A DNA stretch of 64,000 bases from Mobula birostris (taxonomy: Eukaryota). The notes below the pieces were generated by a model. It worked only from the letters and a program-made list of their open reading frames with translations, was not told the DNA's origin and ran no database searches. Positions 25,972 through 38,833 of this stretch are shown here, piece after piece. Each line of letters starts with the position of its first letter. The first letter of the stretch is position 1. Location: positions 87,315,921-87,379,920 of the forward strand of contig NC_092383.1 in NCBI RefSeq assembly GCF_030028105.1, written 5' to 3'. The translations under genes and the position numbers were made by a program.

Positions 25972-26210
25972 TTTCAGGTGCTTTATGGACAGAAGATAAA
26001 GTAAGAGGAGTTGTGGGAAGAGCGACCACAATCGATTGTCAATATGCACTATGCAGTGTGGAAGAATGACAATCAGAGATAACACATCCCAGGGAATATT
26101 TACTGTTACTATGGAGAACCTTGACTCTAATGATACAGGGCATTACAGATGTGGCATTACAACATCTGGCAAACATCAAGTGTTTGATGTGTATTTACAA
26201 GTATCTGACG
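25972..26210 (+). pseudogene. Pseudo-exon V3 with an 82-nt frameshifting internal deletion
   Basis: Same splice sites as V2 but 239 nt long. The 87 nt between GCA and CAG in V2 are replaced by 5 nt at about 26049, giving an in-frame TGA at 26067-26069. Confidence 0.88.
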
Positions 26211-26715
26211 GTAGGTTTTTTCTCATTGATTCATTTTATGTTTTGATAGAAATGTCTGATTCATATTTTCCCTGGGAAGAGTCAGGGGAGCACTGATATT
26301 CTTGTTTGGGGGATTCTCATAGAACATAGAATATAGAACAGTACAGCACAGTACAGGCCTTTCGGCCCACAATGTTGTGCCGACCCTTAAACCCTGCCTC
26401 CCATATAACCCCCACCTTAAATTCCTCCATATACCTGTCTGGTAGTCTCTTAAATTTAAGAAGTGTATCTGCCTCCACCACTGACTCAGGCAGTGCATTC
26501 CACGCACCAACCACTCTCTGAGTGAAAAACCTTCCTCTAATATCCCCCTTGAACTTCCCACCCCTTAATTTAAAGCCATGTCCTCGTGTATTGAGCAGTA
26601 GTGCCCTGGGGAAGAGGCGCTGGCTATCCACTCTATCTATTCCTCTCAATATCTTGTAAACCTCTATCATGTCTCCTCTCATCCTCCTTCTCTCCATAGA
26701 GTAAAGCCCTAGCTC

Positions 26716-29390
26716 TATCATGGTCCAGTCCGTGCACTCAGAACTCTGGGTCTTCCAGCTGTCCCTCGTTTGGGTGAGTTAATTATAGGCACCTGATTCC
26801 CATCTTGAGACTTGGAATATAAGTAGCCTTGGGGTTTGAGTGTGGGCTGCTGGTTTGTCTTGTCAGTCCCCCTTAGAGCAACCTGCTGATGGAAGGCTAG
26901 TGAAATCATTTGTGATCTCCTGACCTGGTTGGAGGACCACTGCTTCATGGAGCCTTGTTACCACTTGTTGGAGTAGTCTTTGCAGTATGGATTTGGCTGT
27001 TTCCTGGGCCAGCTGAGTGGCTGCCAGCCACTCTGAGCTAGGTAGGGATCTGGCTGTTTCTGTAGCCAGCAGAGGTTGCTGGCTGTAACTGTGACTTGGA
27101 GCTACCCTAGAGCAGAGATGGAACTGTCTGTCATTCTTTGGTGTTTGTCTCTTCTTGTCCTTGCCTCTGGAGTAAGTCAGGCTGTTTTGCTGTTGCCCTG
27201 TGGGGCGATCTGTCTTGTCCTCACTTCTATGGAGTAAGTCAGGCTGTTCTGATATTGCTCTGTGGGGGGGGGGGGGGTAGGGGGGGGTTGTGTCTTGTCT
27301 TGTCCTTGCCTCTGGGGTAAGTCAGGCTGTTTTGCTATTGCCCTGTGGGGGGACATGTCTTGTCTTTGCCTCTGTTGGATAAGTCTGGCTGTTCTGCTGT
27401 TACCTAACAGGTGGACCTGTCCCACCTTGGTGTAGAGGAGTTGAGTCCTGGTTTATCAAAGTATAAGTCCCAGCTCTGTCTATGTACTGTCCTGTCTCAT
27501 GTTGGTGTTGTGCTAATGACGAGTCCTGGCTCTTTGAAGGACGAGTCCTGGCTCTTTGAAGGACGAGTCCTGGCTCTTTGAAGGACGAGTCCTGGCTCTT
27601 TGAAGGACGAGTCCTGGCTCTTTGAAGGACGAGTCCTGGCTCTTTGAAGGACGAGTCCTGGCTCTTTGAAGGACGAGTCCTGGCTCTTTGAAGGACGAGT
27701 CCTGGCTCTTTGAAGGACGAGTCCTGGCTCTTTGAAGGACGAGTCCTGGCTCTTTGAAGGACGAGTCCTGGCTCTTTGAAGGACGAGTCCTGGCTCTTTG
27801 AAGGACGAGTCCTGGCTCTTTGAAGGACGAGTCCTGGCTCTTTGAAGGACGAGTCCTGGCTCTTTGAAGGACGAGTCCTGGCTCTTTGAAGGACGAGTCC
27901 TGGCTCTTTGAAGGACGAGTCCTGGCTCTTTGAAGGACGAGTCCTGGCTCTTTGAAGGACGAGTCCTGGCTCTTTGAAGGACGAGTCCTGGCTCTTTGAA
28001 GGACGAGTCCTGGCTCTTTGAAGGACGAGTCCTGGCTCTTTGAAGGACGAGTCCTGGCTCTTTGAAGGACGAGTCCTGGCTCTTTGAAGGACGAGTCCTG
28101 GCTCTTTGAAGGACGAGTCCTGGCTCTTTGAAGGACGAGTCCTGGCTCTTTGAAGGACGAGTCCTGGCTCTTTGAAGGACGAGTCCTGGCTCTTTGAAGG
28201 ACGAGTCCTGGCTCTTTGAAGGACGAGTCCTGGCTCTTTGAAGGACGAGTCCTGGCTCTTTGAAGGACGAGTCCTGGCTCTTTGAAGGACGAGTCCTGGC
28301 TCTTTGAAGGACGAGTCCTGGCTCTTTGAAGGACGAGTCCTGGCTCTTTGAAGGACGAGTCCTGGCTCTTTGAAGGACGAGTCCTGGCTCTTTGAAGGAC
28401 GAGTCCTGGCTCTTTGAAGGACGAGTCCTGGCTCTTTGAAGGACGAGTCCTGGCTCTTTGAAGGACGAGTCCTGGCTCTTTGAAGGACGAGTCCTGGCTC
28501 TTTGAAGGACGAGTCCTGGCTCTTTGAAGGACGAGTCCTGGCTCTTTGAAGGACGAGTCCTGGCTCTTTGAAGGACGAGTCCTGGCTCTTTGAAGGACGA
28601 GTCCTGGCTCTTTGAAGGACGAGTCCTGGCTCTTTGAAGGACGAGTCCTGGCTCTTTGAAGGACGAGTCCTGGCTCTTTGAAGGACGAGTCCTGGCTCTT
28701 TGAAGGACGAGTCCTGGCTCTTTGAAGGACGAGTCCTGGCTCTTTGAAGGACGAGTCCTGGCTCTTTGAAGGACGAGTCCTGGCTCTTTGAAGGACGAGT
28801 CCTGGCTCTTTGAAGGACGAGTCCTGGCTCTTTGAAGGACGAGTCCTGGCTCTATGTTGATGTTCAGTTCCCAGTTGGTCTCTCAGCTCCAGCCTCCAAG
28901 TTATCAGCCTTTGTATTTCAAGATGAAGGTCCTGAGCCGAGCCCTGAGAACCCAAGCCTTGAGTATCCCCAGCCTCCAAGCTCTAGACCCAAGACCCCAG
29001 CCTGCAGCCAAGTCATGTCCTTGCCTGGTTCTGGAGTCTGAGCCCAAGGCAAGACCTAGGTTCTGGGTCCCTGTCCAGTCTCGGGCTCGGAGTCCAAGCC
29101 TAGTCTTGTCTCCAAGCTCAGGCTTCTAGACCCCAGCCATGTCATGTCCTTGCCTGGTTCTGGGGTCCGAGCCAGAGGCAAGACCCAGGTTCTGGGTCCT
29201 TGTCCAGTCTCAGGCTTGGAGTCGAAGCGTTGCTTCCTAGTCCATGGTTTCTAGTCCTGGGCCCACTTTCCCTAGCCCAAGTCTGTGTTCTTGTCCCTGC
29301 TCCTGGCCTGAATCCTGTCAAGTCCTGTTCCTTGTACTTCAGTGTCTGTGTCTTGCATTTGGGTCCATTACCAGTGCCCCCAATGTGACA
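26716..29390 (+). mobile_element. Solo-LTR-like element, copy 1, carrying the expanded 22-bp array
   Basis: Termini TATCATG (TGTCATG in copy 2) ... TGTGACA; 5-bp TSD AGCTC/TGCTC. Collinear with the reverse complement of 45767-47127. Confidence 0.85.
27518..28853. repeat. Perfect minisatellite, 22-bp unit GACGAGTCCTGGCTCTTTGAAG, 60 full units plus a 16-nt partial
   Basis: First core at 27518, last at 28838; the difference is 1320 = 60 x 22. No variant units seen by eye. Confidence 0.97.
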
Positions 29391-30479
29391 TGCTCTTTTA
29401 ATCTCTGATCATAATGCATACACTCTAAACCAAGCAGCATCCTGGTAAATCTCCTCTGTTCCCTTTCCAATGCTTCCACATCCTTTCTATAGTGAGGTGA
29501 CCAGAACTGGACACAGTACTCCAAGTGTGGCCTAACCAGAGTTTTATAGAGCTGCATCATTACATCATGACTCTTAAACTCTATCCTTCGACTTATGAAA
29601 GCTAACACTCCATAAGCTTTTTTAACTACCCTATCTACCTGTGGAGCAACTTTCAGAGACCTGTGGACATATACACCCAGATCCCTCTGCTCCTCCACTC
29701 TTCCAAGTATCCTGCCATTTACTTTGTACTCTGCTTTGGAGTTCGTCCTTCCAAAGTGTACCATCTCACACTTCTCTGGGTTGAACTCCATCTGCCACTT
29801 CTCAGACCACTTCTGAATCCTATCAATGTCCCTCTGCAATCTTCAACAATCCTCTACACTATCCACAACACCACCAACCTTTGTGTCGTCTGCAAACTTG
29901 CCAACCCACCCTTCTACCCCCACATCCAGGTCGTTAATAAAAATCACGAAAAGTAGAGGTCCCAGAACAGATCCTTGTGGGACGTCACTAGTCACAATCC
30001 TCCAATCTGAATGTACTCCCTCCACCACCACCCTCTGCCTTCCGCAGGCAAGCCAATTCTGAATCCACCTGGCCAAACTTCCCTGGATCCCATGCCTTCT
30101 CTCACCCTGCCCCAGCCGCCGAGCAACAAGCAAAGCCGAGGACTCGGGGTCTTCGCCTCCGGAGATTTTGGATCACACAGCAGTGAAACAGGCATTTCAG
30201 AAGTTTTAGCAGATGTTCTTCCATGCTCTCGTTTCTGTCTCCATCAAATCAGGATTGTGCACGGCACCCTACTTGACAGATAACAGGTATCATTCACCGA
30301 AGTGGCCGCTGCACGCTGCATCGCCATCTTCTCCCTAATATTTGAAGATATATATAGGTCTATTTATTTATTTTCTTATTCATTCAGATACAGCGTGGAA
30401 TAGAACCTTCCAGCCCTTTGAACCCTGCTACCCGGCAATCCCCAGATTTAATAACAAGTTTGCCGGAACAAAAATAACA

Positions 30480-31650
30480 GGGTTGTCGTGATGGGAGATT
30501 TTAATTTTCCCAATATTAATTGGCAACTCCTGTGGGCAATGGGTTTAGATAGGGTTGAGTTTGTTAGGAGTGTTCAAGAAGGTTTCCTGACACAATATGC
30601 AGAGAAGCCTACAAGAAGAGTCTGTACTTGATCTGTTATTGGGAAATAAACCTGATCGGGTGTCAGGTCTCTCAATGGAGAGCATTTTTGGGATAGTGAT
30701 CACAATTCTATCTCCTTTACCATAGCATTGGAAAGGGATAGGAGCAGACAAGCTATGAAAGCATTTAATTGGAGTAAGGGAAAATATGGGGCTATCAGGC
30801 AAGAACTTGGAAGTATAAATTGGGAGCAGATGTTCTTGGGGAAATACACAGAAGAAATGCGGCAAACGTTCGAGGATATTTGTGTGGAGTTCTGCCTAAG
30901 TATGTTCCAATGAGACAGGGAAAAGATGTTAGGAACCACGGTGTAGAAAGGCTGTTGAAAATCTGGCTAAGAAGAAAGGTAAAGCTTACGAAAGGTTCAA
31001 AAAAGATAAAGCCGCAAGCGGAACCGAGGGTTACAATCGGTAATGATAGACATTGAGAAAATTATAATGCTACAGTAATGTTACAGCTATATAGGACCCT
31101 GGTCTGACCCCACTTGGAGTACTATGCTCAGTTCTGGTCACCTCACTATAGGAAGGATGTGGAAACCATAAAAACGGTGCAGAGAAAATTTACAAAGACG
31201 TTACCTGGATTGGGGAGCATGCCTTATGAGAATAGGTTGAGTGAACATGGACTTCTCTCTGTAGACGATGGAGGATGAATGGTGACCTTATAGAGGTGTA
31301 TAAAATGATGAGAGGCATTGATCATGCAGATAGTCAGAGGCTTTTTTTCCCCAAGGCTGAAATGGCTAAATGAGAGGACACAGTTTTGAGGTGCTTGGAA
31401 GTAGGTACAGAGAAGATGTCAGAGGGAAGTTTTTTTTTTATGCAAAGAGTGGTGAGTGCATGGAATGTGCTGCCGGTGACTGTGGTTGAGGCAGATATGA
31501 CAGGGTCTTTTAAAGGACTCCTGGATAGGTATGTGGAGCTTAGAAAAATAGGGGGCTAGGGAAATTCTAGGCAGTTTCTGGAGTAGGTTACATGGTCGGC
31601 ACAACATTGTGGGCCGAAGGGCCTGTAATGTGCTGTAGATTTCTATGTTC
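30480..31650 (+). mobile_element. Internally deleted CR1 (endonuclease fragment fused to RT C-terminus and 3' UTR)
   Basis: VVMGDFNFPNINW...SDHNSISF region joined at about 31030 to MLQLYRTLV.PHLEYYAQFWSPHYRKD; tail ending CTATGTTCTATG. Confidence 0.8.
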
Positions 31651-32742
31651 TATGTTTTTTTATGTTCTCATCATGGAACAAATTACAAGGACCAATTAAC
31701 TTACCTGCTACATGGACTGTGGGAGGAAACTGGAGGATCTGGAGAAAACCCACACATTCCATGGTGAGGACACAGAGACTGCTGGAACTGAACTCCGAAC
31801 TCCAGTAAGCCCTGAGCTGTAATAGTGTCACTCTAACCACTACGCTACCATGGCAGCCCGGTGTATTGGTTTTCTGTATATTGCTTTAACAAAGCTTGAA
31901 CACAAAATAATCTGCAGATGCTGGGGTCAAAGCAACACTCCCGGACGAAGGGTTCTGGCCTGAAACATCGACCTATCTTTTCCACTGATGCTGCCCGACC
32001 TGCTGAGTTCCTCCAGCGCGTTGAGTGCTAACAAAGCTTGCCTTTTTATTGAGGGAAAACTCCTGCATTATCCTGTTGGATAAAAAGTATCTCACTGGAT
32101 ACTCAAGTACAGCTTTGACCACATTTGCAGAGGGTGATGGGGCCCCAAAGGTAGATCTTCCCATGCTGGCAGAGGCCAGGTCCCTGGCTAGGCCTTTCCC
32201 TTTAGATTACACACACTTAAATAGGATTATATTTTCCTCAGGCCTTTAACTTCCCCAGCCGCATCTCCATACCACCATTGCCTGAATATGGGAAAGAATG
32301 TAAACTGTCTGTAAATGTAATTGGGTACACAATTAGCATAACATCATTACACCTGCAGCCATCAGTGATCAGGGTCCAATTCCCACCACTGTTTGCAAGT
32401 TTCTTGTACATACTCCTTGCGTGGGCACCCTCCAGGTGCTCCAGTTTCCTCCCACATTTCAGAGACACACAGGTTCGGATAAGTAATTCATAGGCAAGCT
32501 ATTTTGGTTCTGGAAGCATGAAACACTTGCAGGCTGCCCCCAGTACATATTCTGTTGGTTGCTGTTGCAAACGATTCATTTGACTGTATGTGTGACAAAT
32601 CTCATCTTTCATCATTAAAAGTGCATTGAGTACCAGATTACCTTTCTCCACCATTATCAAGTGCCTATGGGTCGATCAATTGTGCTCCCTTGTTCTTGCA
32701 AGTGCAAAGCAGATGAAATTGAGTTTTATTTTCTTTTAACAG

Positions 32743-32821
32743 GGCCAATTCATTTCTGTGAAAATACTGTGACTGAATCCATGACAACTGCACAAGGGGA
32801 AGAATCTGCATCAGATAAAAT
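32743..32821 (+). CDS. Stalk exon of the receptor: (R)PIHFCENTVTESMTTAQGEESASDK(I)
   Basis: Strong polypyrimidine acceptor ttttattttcttttaacag and donor gtaaag; 79 nt, phase 1-2. It exactly bridges the phase-1 Ig exons to the phase-2 TM exon and is Ser/Thr-rich. Confidence 0.75.
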
Positions 32822-33551
32822 GTAAAGTATAATGTTCTCTCTACAGGTGGTTTCACTGCTACTACTTCCAAATAGAACAGCTGGGAGGGAAATTGGTTTC
32901 TCTTTAACCGGTGTTAAGCACGTTTGACATGATTAACTTCAATGAAATCCTGTATTGGAAACTGAGTATTCCTGATTTTCCTAGACATGGGTCAAGCCTC
33001 AGAACAAAGATAGTTTTCTTACCCTCAATATTTAATAATTTATGCAAAGCTGTTGAAGCTTGTGTATTGAGTTAGAAAGTCATTGTTGAAAATTAGAAGA
33101 TCAGGCTCCTCAGCCTGACCCGTCCAAGCCAAACAAGAGTCCAGACAGCCATGAAACAAAGAAAACCATGGGGACCGTTTAAAGAAGAGGTTTGGCTACA
33201 TGGTCAGCAGTGCTATCTGTCAGAGAAGAAACCACCAATCAATCCTTTAATGTAACAGTTCCAATGAAATGTTTGTAAAAGCACATGTGAGGGTTCCCAA
33301 ATGGCCTGGACAGTAGTTACACTCTAACCAACATCACTTATCATTGGTCATGATCTCATTTCTGCTTGTGAGACCTTGCTGTGAGCAGATTGGCTCCTGC
33401 AATTTCCCACACTGTCAAAAGTGTCTAATGTTCATTTTCTGAGCTGCAGACATCCTGAGCTCATGAAAAATGCTGTGTAAATGTCAGACTTTACAAATGG
33501 CCAAGAATAAGTGGTGAACCAGGACTGACCCTTTCCTATTCTTTACCACAG

Positions 33552-33643
33552 ACACACTTACATAATTGTGCTCAGTGTCATTGGGATTCTACTCGTACTT
33601 CTTGTCGTTTGTCTACTTTGCTACCTGAGGAGAAAGAACAGGG
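33552..33643 (+). CDS. Transmembrane exon: HTYIIVLSVIGILLVLLVVCLLCYLRRKNR
   Basis: ctttaccacag acceptor, G|gtaggt donor; uncharged hydrophobic stretch of about 22 aa followed by the RRKNR stop-transfer; phase 2-1. Confidence 0.88.
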
Positions 33644-34880
33644 GTAGGTTCCTTTTCCCTTCAATTATTTTTTATGTAGCAGTTAGCGTGACGATATTAC
33701 AGCTCGGGGCATTTTGGAGTTCAGAGTTCAATTCTGACGCAGTCTGTAAGGAGCCTCCACATCCTCCCCATTGAACGTGTGGGTTTTTCCAGGGTGTACC
33801 AGTTTCCTCCCACAGTCCAAAGACACACCGAGTACAGTACGTTATTTAGTCATTGTAAATTGTCCCATGTTAATCGGGTTTGTCAATTGCTGTGTCAGCG
33901 TGGACCAAAAGGACAGAAGGGCTTACTCCATGATGTTAAAGTCTATGGCGAGCCTAGTGGCCCATCAGGCCGGTGCTTATGTCAGTTTCCATGGCGTGAA
34001 GAAATTGAGAGTACGAGACTCCCCACCCCCACCCCCCCCACACCCCGAAGAGGATGCTAGTCTATCACGAGGTTCACCCCCAGCATTTGCCGGTACCCAT
34101 TTTCAGCTGGGTGGACTGGAGCAGTATGTGGTTAAGTGCCTCAATGTACCACTAAATAAATCAATAAATAAATAATCTGGTGTCCCTTAAACAGACTTTG
34201 TAAACCAGTGAAGGGAACAGTGAGTACAGTGGTTATCTATGTGTTGTTATCAGATGGGGAAATGGGGTTGATCACTGGAACATAAAGCCCCTGCAGCCTC
34301 TAACTCACTGGCTGATGGAATATAACTCACTAGCTGAATACTATAACAACTAATAATTCGACTTCTCCCCGAGATGTAGTTCCTGGCCCCTCTCTCGCCT
34401 ACAAACCAGACAACTACTTTCAGTGTAGTATTATCCCCTAGTACCTATTTGTTGTAAAGATCTGAACAAAAGGAGTGCATTCTTTTCCAAAGAGAAATTC
34501 CCTAAATAATAAATACCTGAGATATAAGCAGAAAAGTGCTAGGAACACTCAGCATGTCAGATGGCAGCTGTGGAGAGAGGATCAGCTGATCCTTCAAGGC
34601 AATGACCTTACATCAGAACTGGAAAATGTGAGCGAGAACGAGTCTTGAGGTGCAGAGAAAGAAGAGAAGGAAGCACAAAAGAGCAGGTTTCTGAGGGAGT
34701 ACAAGACAGAAAAAATGTCAGGAAAGATGATGTGTGAGGCAAAAGGTGGGTGGTAATAGGATAAATGAAGATTTAAAGATGGGCGGGCTTTGAAATTTGA
34801 TTTCTGCATGGGTGACATTATCCTCACCAGTAGCAGAGTGTACTGCTCTTGATTTTCTTTGACATTTCTCTTTTTATGGT

Positions 34881-35180
34881 GGTGTATGGCCAAGTGGTTA
34901 AAGTGTTGGACTAGCGAACTGAAGGTCGTGAGTTCGAGCCTCAGCCGAGGCAGCGTGTTGTGTCCTTGAACAAGGCACTTAACCACACAATGCTCCAGTC
35001 CACCCGGCTAAAAACTGGTACCGGCAAAATGCTGGGGGTTAACCTCGCGATACACTGGCGTCCTACCGGGGGGCGGGGGGGAGGGGTAGTCTTGTACACT
35101 CAGTCGCTTCATGCCACGGAAACCAGCATAAGCACCTCTAAGATGATGAGCCTATAAGGCTCGGGGCAGACTTTAACTTT
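34881..35180 (+). mobile_element. tRNA-derived SINE
   Basis: Pol III A box TGGCCAAGTGG (34887) and B box GAGTTCGAGCC (34930), then a non-tRNA body and TTTAACTTT tail. Confidence 0.8.
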
Positions 35181-36520
35181 TGACTTAACTTCTCTTTTTA
35201 TGGTTAACTGCTCTTCATTTAAAAAAAAAAATTGGAACCATGCTTTGGGAAATGAAATCTGTTCAATTCAACATCCACTATTCTGCCCTCACTCAACAGT
35301 TTTCCCTGTTTTCTTAAGGTAGGCAGATAGGTAAACTCCAGTCCAGGTGTAGCTGTAGTTTTAAGGCAATTTTATTGTTCACCAACGCATTACAGTAAGC
35401 CAGGAGCTGAGTGAAAAGAGGTGTTCTCATGAGAGATGGATTCAAATATTGATTAAAGTCCCTTTGAGTTCTAACAAAGTATTTCTGACAAATGAATGAG
35501 TAAATAAACGAGCAATTATAAAATAGCTGATCTGATGTCGAAGGTCAATTGCTTAGAAACAGTAGTAAGGAATGAACAACAGCTGTAAACTTACAAGTAA
35601 GCAGTGATTTCTAGTGGCTAAAAATAAAATAGCAAACCATATCGGGGGGACATAACTTTCACTAATAGTCCAAGGCCATCAAAACTGTTCATTGAGGATG
35701 GGACACACGGACTCTGTATGAAATTGTTGAGCTCAGTGTTGAATTCAAAAGATGGTTTTAATGGTCAGTTGGAAAATGAGGTGAGGGACAATCTGCCACA
35801 GAGCCCTGGAGAGATCAGTGAGATTTTCAAGGGACAGTGTGAATATTGTCAGGAAATCTGCATCATATTGTGAAGGAGAAATATTATCTAAAAACATGCA
35901 CAGACAATGTAGAAAATGCATGGTTAATCAGACAGAATTTGTAGCAATAAAAAGAAAAATAAAATTTCAAATCCAAACTCTTCATTACAATGTACAAAGA
36001 TGGAAAACATCAGTTTTCAGTGGCAGAGAAGGTGGTGGACAAAACAATGTGATCCTTTCTAAATATTGTGTGATAACCAGAGCAGAGGTTTGCTCTGGGT
36101 GGAGAATCATTACTGTGTTGCAGCTGGGGTTCCCATGGTTCTGAGATTCAGTATGGGTGTCATGGTAACCTAGCGGTTCGCGCGAAGCTATTACAGTTTG
36201 GGGCGTTCTGGAGTTTGCAGTTCAATTCCAGTGCCGTTCTGAAAGGAGTCTCTGTATGTTCTCCCTGCGGGATGCATGGATACACTCCGGGTCCTCCAGT
36301 TTCCTCCCACAGTCCAAAGACGTACCAGGTAGGTGAATTGGTCAATGGAAATTGTCCCATGATTAGGTTAGGGTTAATCTGGTTTGTCGGGGGTTGCTGG
36401 GGTGGCGAAGCTCAAAGGGCTGCAAGGGCCAACTCTGTGCTGTATCTATCAATCAATCAATCAATAAATGTTTGTCTGTTCTTGACATGGAATTTTTTTC
36501 AATAATATTGTATTTTCCAG

Positions 36521-36567
36521 AATGGAAGCCCAACACATCTCACAGAGAAGGCAACAATGATACCCAG
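36521..36567 (+). CDS. First cytoplasmic exon: (E)WKPNTSHREGNNDTQ
   Basis: tattttccag acceptor, CAG|gtatgg donor; 47 nt, phase 1-0, the phase needed to join TM to the ITIM exon. Confidence 0.75.
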
Positions 36568-36769
36568 GTATGGACATGAAGTATAAATTGTCTGAATGTT
36601 TCAGAATATTTAACAATTGAATTACATGGGAGTTTACAGTACATTCATCCCCACTAATCCAGTACAGTATTAATATTTTACAGAAACCTCTGAACACTCC
36701 TCTCATTGAATCCCATCAGCATATCCTTCCAGTTATTTGTCCCTTTCTGTTGGGTTTATCCAGCTTTTG

Positions 36770-37080
36770 GGCACATGGCCAAATGGTTAAGGCATTCAAC
36801 TAACGATCTGAAGGTCGTGAGTTCGAGCCCCAGCTGAGGCAGCGTGTTGTGTCTTTGAGCAAGGCACTTAATCACACATTGCTCTGGGACGACACTGGTG
36901 CCAAGCTGTATGTGTCCTAAAGCCCTTCCCTTGGACAACATCAGTGACGTGGAGAGGGGAGACTTGCAGCATGGGCAACTGCTACTCTTCCATACAGCCT
37001 TGCCCAGGCCTGTGCCCTGGAGAGTGAAGACTTTCCAGGCACAGGTTCATGGTCTTGCAAGACTAACTGATGCCTTAAAA
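36770..37080 (+). mobile_element. tRNA-derived SINE with the same head as the 34881 copy
   Basis: TGGCCAAATGG A box and GAGTTCGAGCC B box; head nearly identical to 34881-34990. Other SINE-type copies lie at about 15540, 18960, 31690, 32340, 33680, 36160, 37436 and 60480. Confidence 0.75.
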
Positions 37081-38833
37081 TTTAATCCAGCTTTTCCTTA
37101 AGTCTATCCATAATATTTTACGTAACCGTTCTTCAAAGTGGCTCCACGTCTTTTTTATTGTTACTGAAGGGTGAAAAGTGAGATTGGTCCTTTCAAAGCA
37201 ACACACACAAGATGCTGGAGGAACTCAGCTGGCGAGGTAGCACCTATGTTTATATTTTTTAAAAAAAAAAAAAAAAAAAAGTACAGTCAAGGTTTTGGGC
37301 TGATGGAATGTCTAATTATGCAAATGTCTTTGGGTTCAATGACTTTTCAGTTTACATTTTCTATATTCCCCTGAATCTCAAACTCCGATGTGAAATCAGA
37401 AAAATGAGTGCAGGTATATTCAGAATAATAAACTGGGGGAGGCACGGCAGCGTAGCGGTTAGCGGAATGCTATTAAAAAGCCAGTTACCTGGGTTTAATT
37501 CCGCCGTTGTCTGTAAAGAACTTGTATGCTTTTCCTGTGACAATGTGGGCCTCTGGGTGCTCTGCTTTCCTCCCACATTCCAAAGAGGTTAGTATGTTAA
37601 TTTGGTCACATGGGTTTAACTGGGAGATGTGGACTTGTTGGGCCAGAATGGCCTGTTTCCATGCTGTATCTCTAAATAAGTAAATATCTGTTCTGTGTGA
37701 CCTCACCCACCCACTTTCTCACTCTACCCCTCAATCCTGACACCAGTATGAATAGTCTATTGTCTCTTAGGTCTGTTATCAAGAATCTTTTTTTTTTGAT
37801 ATTTTCCAAAGACTTTGGAATGCTTGTGTATTATTACCTTAATTAGTATCCCAATTGATTTAATATTTCCCTAATTGAATAATTAGGGTCAATATTATCA
37901 AAGAGCTTCAATTATTTTCTCAATTTCGTCAGTTGTCTTTCACTTTCCCAAAGGTAACTGCAGGGTGGAGATTGTTGAAGGATTCTGCTCTGCTGTACAT
38001 TTTCCCTTGTGGGCATCACTTTCTCTCCAAGAGCTGTACCCTCAGAGGACTGTGTGTTCCTCTTGTGCATCTTCCAGTCTCTGAATCCCACCACCAATGT
38101 CAGTAGCTTCAGTTGCCCAAAACCTACACACTAGACAAATCCCACAAATCCATGAACTCCTGCAATTCTGTCCTCTTAACTTTTGTTCGTTCGAGATACA
38201 GCAGAGTAACCGGTCCTTCTGGCCCATGAGCCACCTAATTACACCCATGTGATCAATTAACCTCCTATGACAAACGATTCTGACTGTAAACCCTAAAAGT
38301 ATTGCAGTTTGCGAAAATAATTCCCAAGTTCATTTTCAACCTCTTCTCTCGCTAAACCCCTGTGAAACACCTAGGACCAGTTTAGTGTGTTGGTGTTGTA
38401 AAGCAACATGCCAATGTTGTACATTTAGTAGCGGATCCTCTCTAAGGATCCCTGCCACTGAGCCATAAGCTGTTATCAAACATTATGGAAAATTATATTC
38501 TACAAGTCGATTGAAAGGATCAGGGTTTATTTAAAGAGAGAAAACCGAGGGTGATCTGATAGATGTCTGCAAGATGTTGCCACTTACAGATGAGAGTAGA
38601 ACTGGAGGTATAAACATAAGATGGCTAATAAAAACAAAAAAAATCCAAGAACTTAAGACCATAGGAGCAGAATTAGGCAATTTGGCCCATCAAGACTGCT
38701 CCATCCTTCAATCATGGCTGATTTACTTTCCCTCTCTCCTCATTATCCTGCCTTCTTCCCAATAACTTTCACACCCTCTCCCTTTGCATTCATCAGTCAT
38801 AAAATAGATCATGGAATTTATTTTTTATTTCAG

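Larger units (their letters stand above)
26318..30100 (-). mobile_element. 5'-truncated, relatively young CR1 LINE split by an LTR-like insertion
   Basis: Minus-strand RT reads ...MHYDQRLKE up to 29391 and resumes LGLYSMERRRMRGD below 26715. Upstream are [12 protein letters not shown] and KFADDTK; 3' tail CATAGAACATAGAA. Confidence 0.92.

Noticed and set aside
10240-26300. Rearranging V segments (Ig/TCR-like V(D)J locus)
   Set aside because: Each V ends in a normal GT splice donor after the G strand, and I saw no heptamer-spacer-nonamer RSS at the V 3' ends.
27518-28853. Possible CRISPR array
   Set aside because: Units are head-to-tail with no unique spacers, there are no cas genes, and the context is eukaryotic.
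27513-28979. 488-aa minus-strand ORF with a 22-aa repeat (RARTRPSKSQDSSFKEPGLVLQ)
   Set aside because: Artifact of a stop-free 22-bp tandem unit (3 x 22 nt = 22 codons) inside an LTR-like element; no independent coding evidence.
34881-34960. tRNA gene-like A/B boxes (also at 36770)
   Set aside because: They continue into a SINE body and tail and lack a closing acceptor stem; these are tRNA-derived SINE heads.
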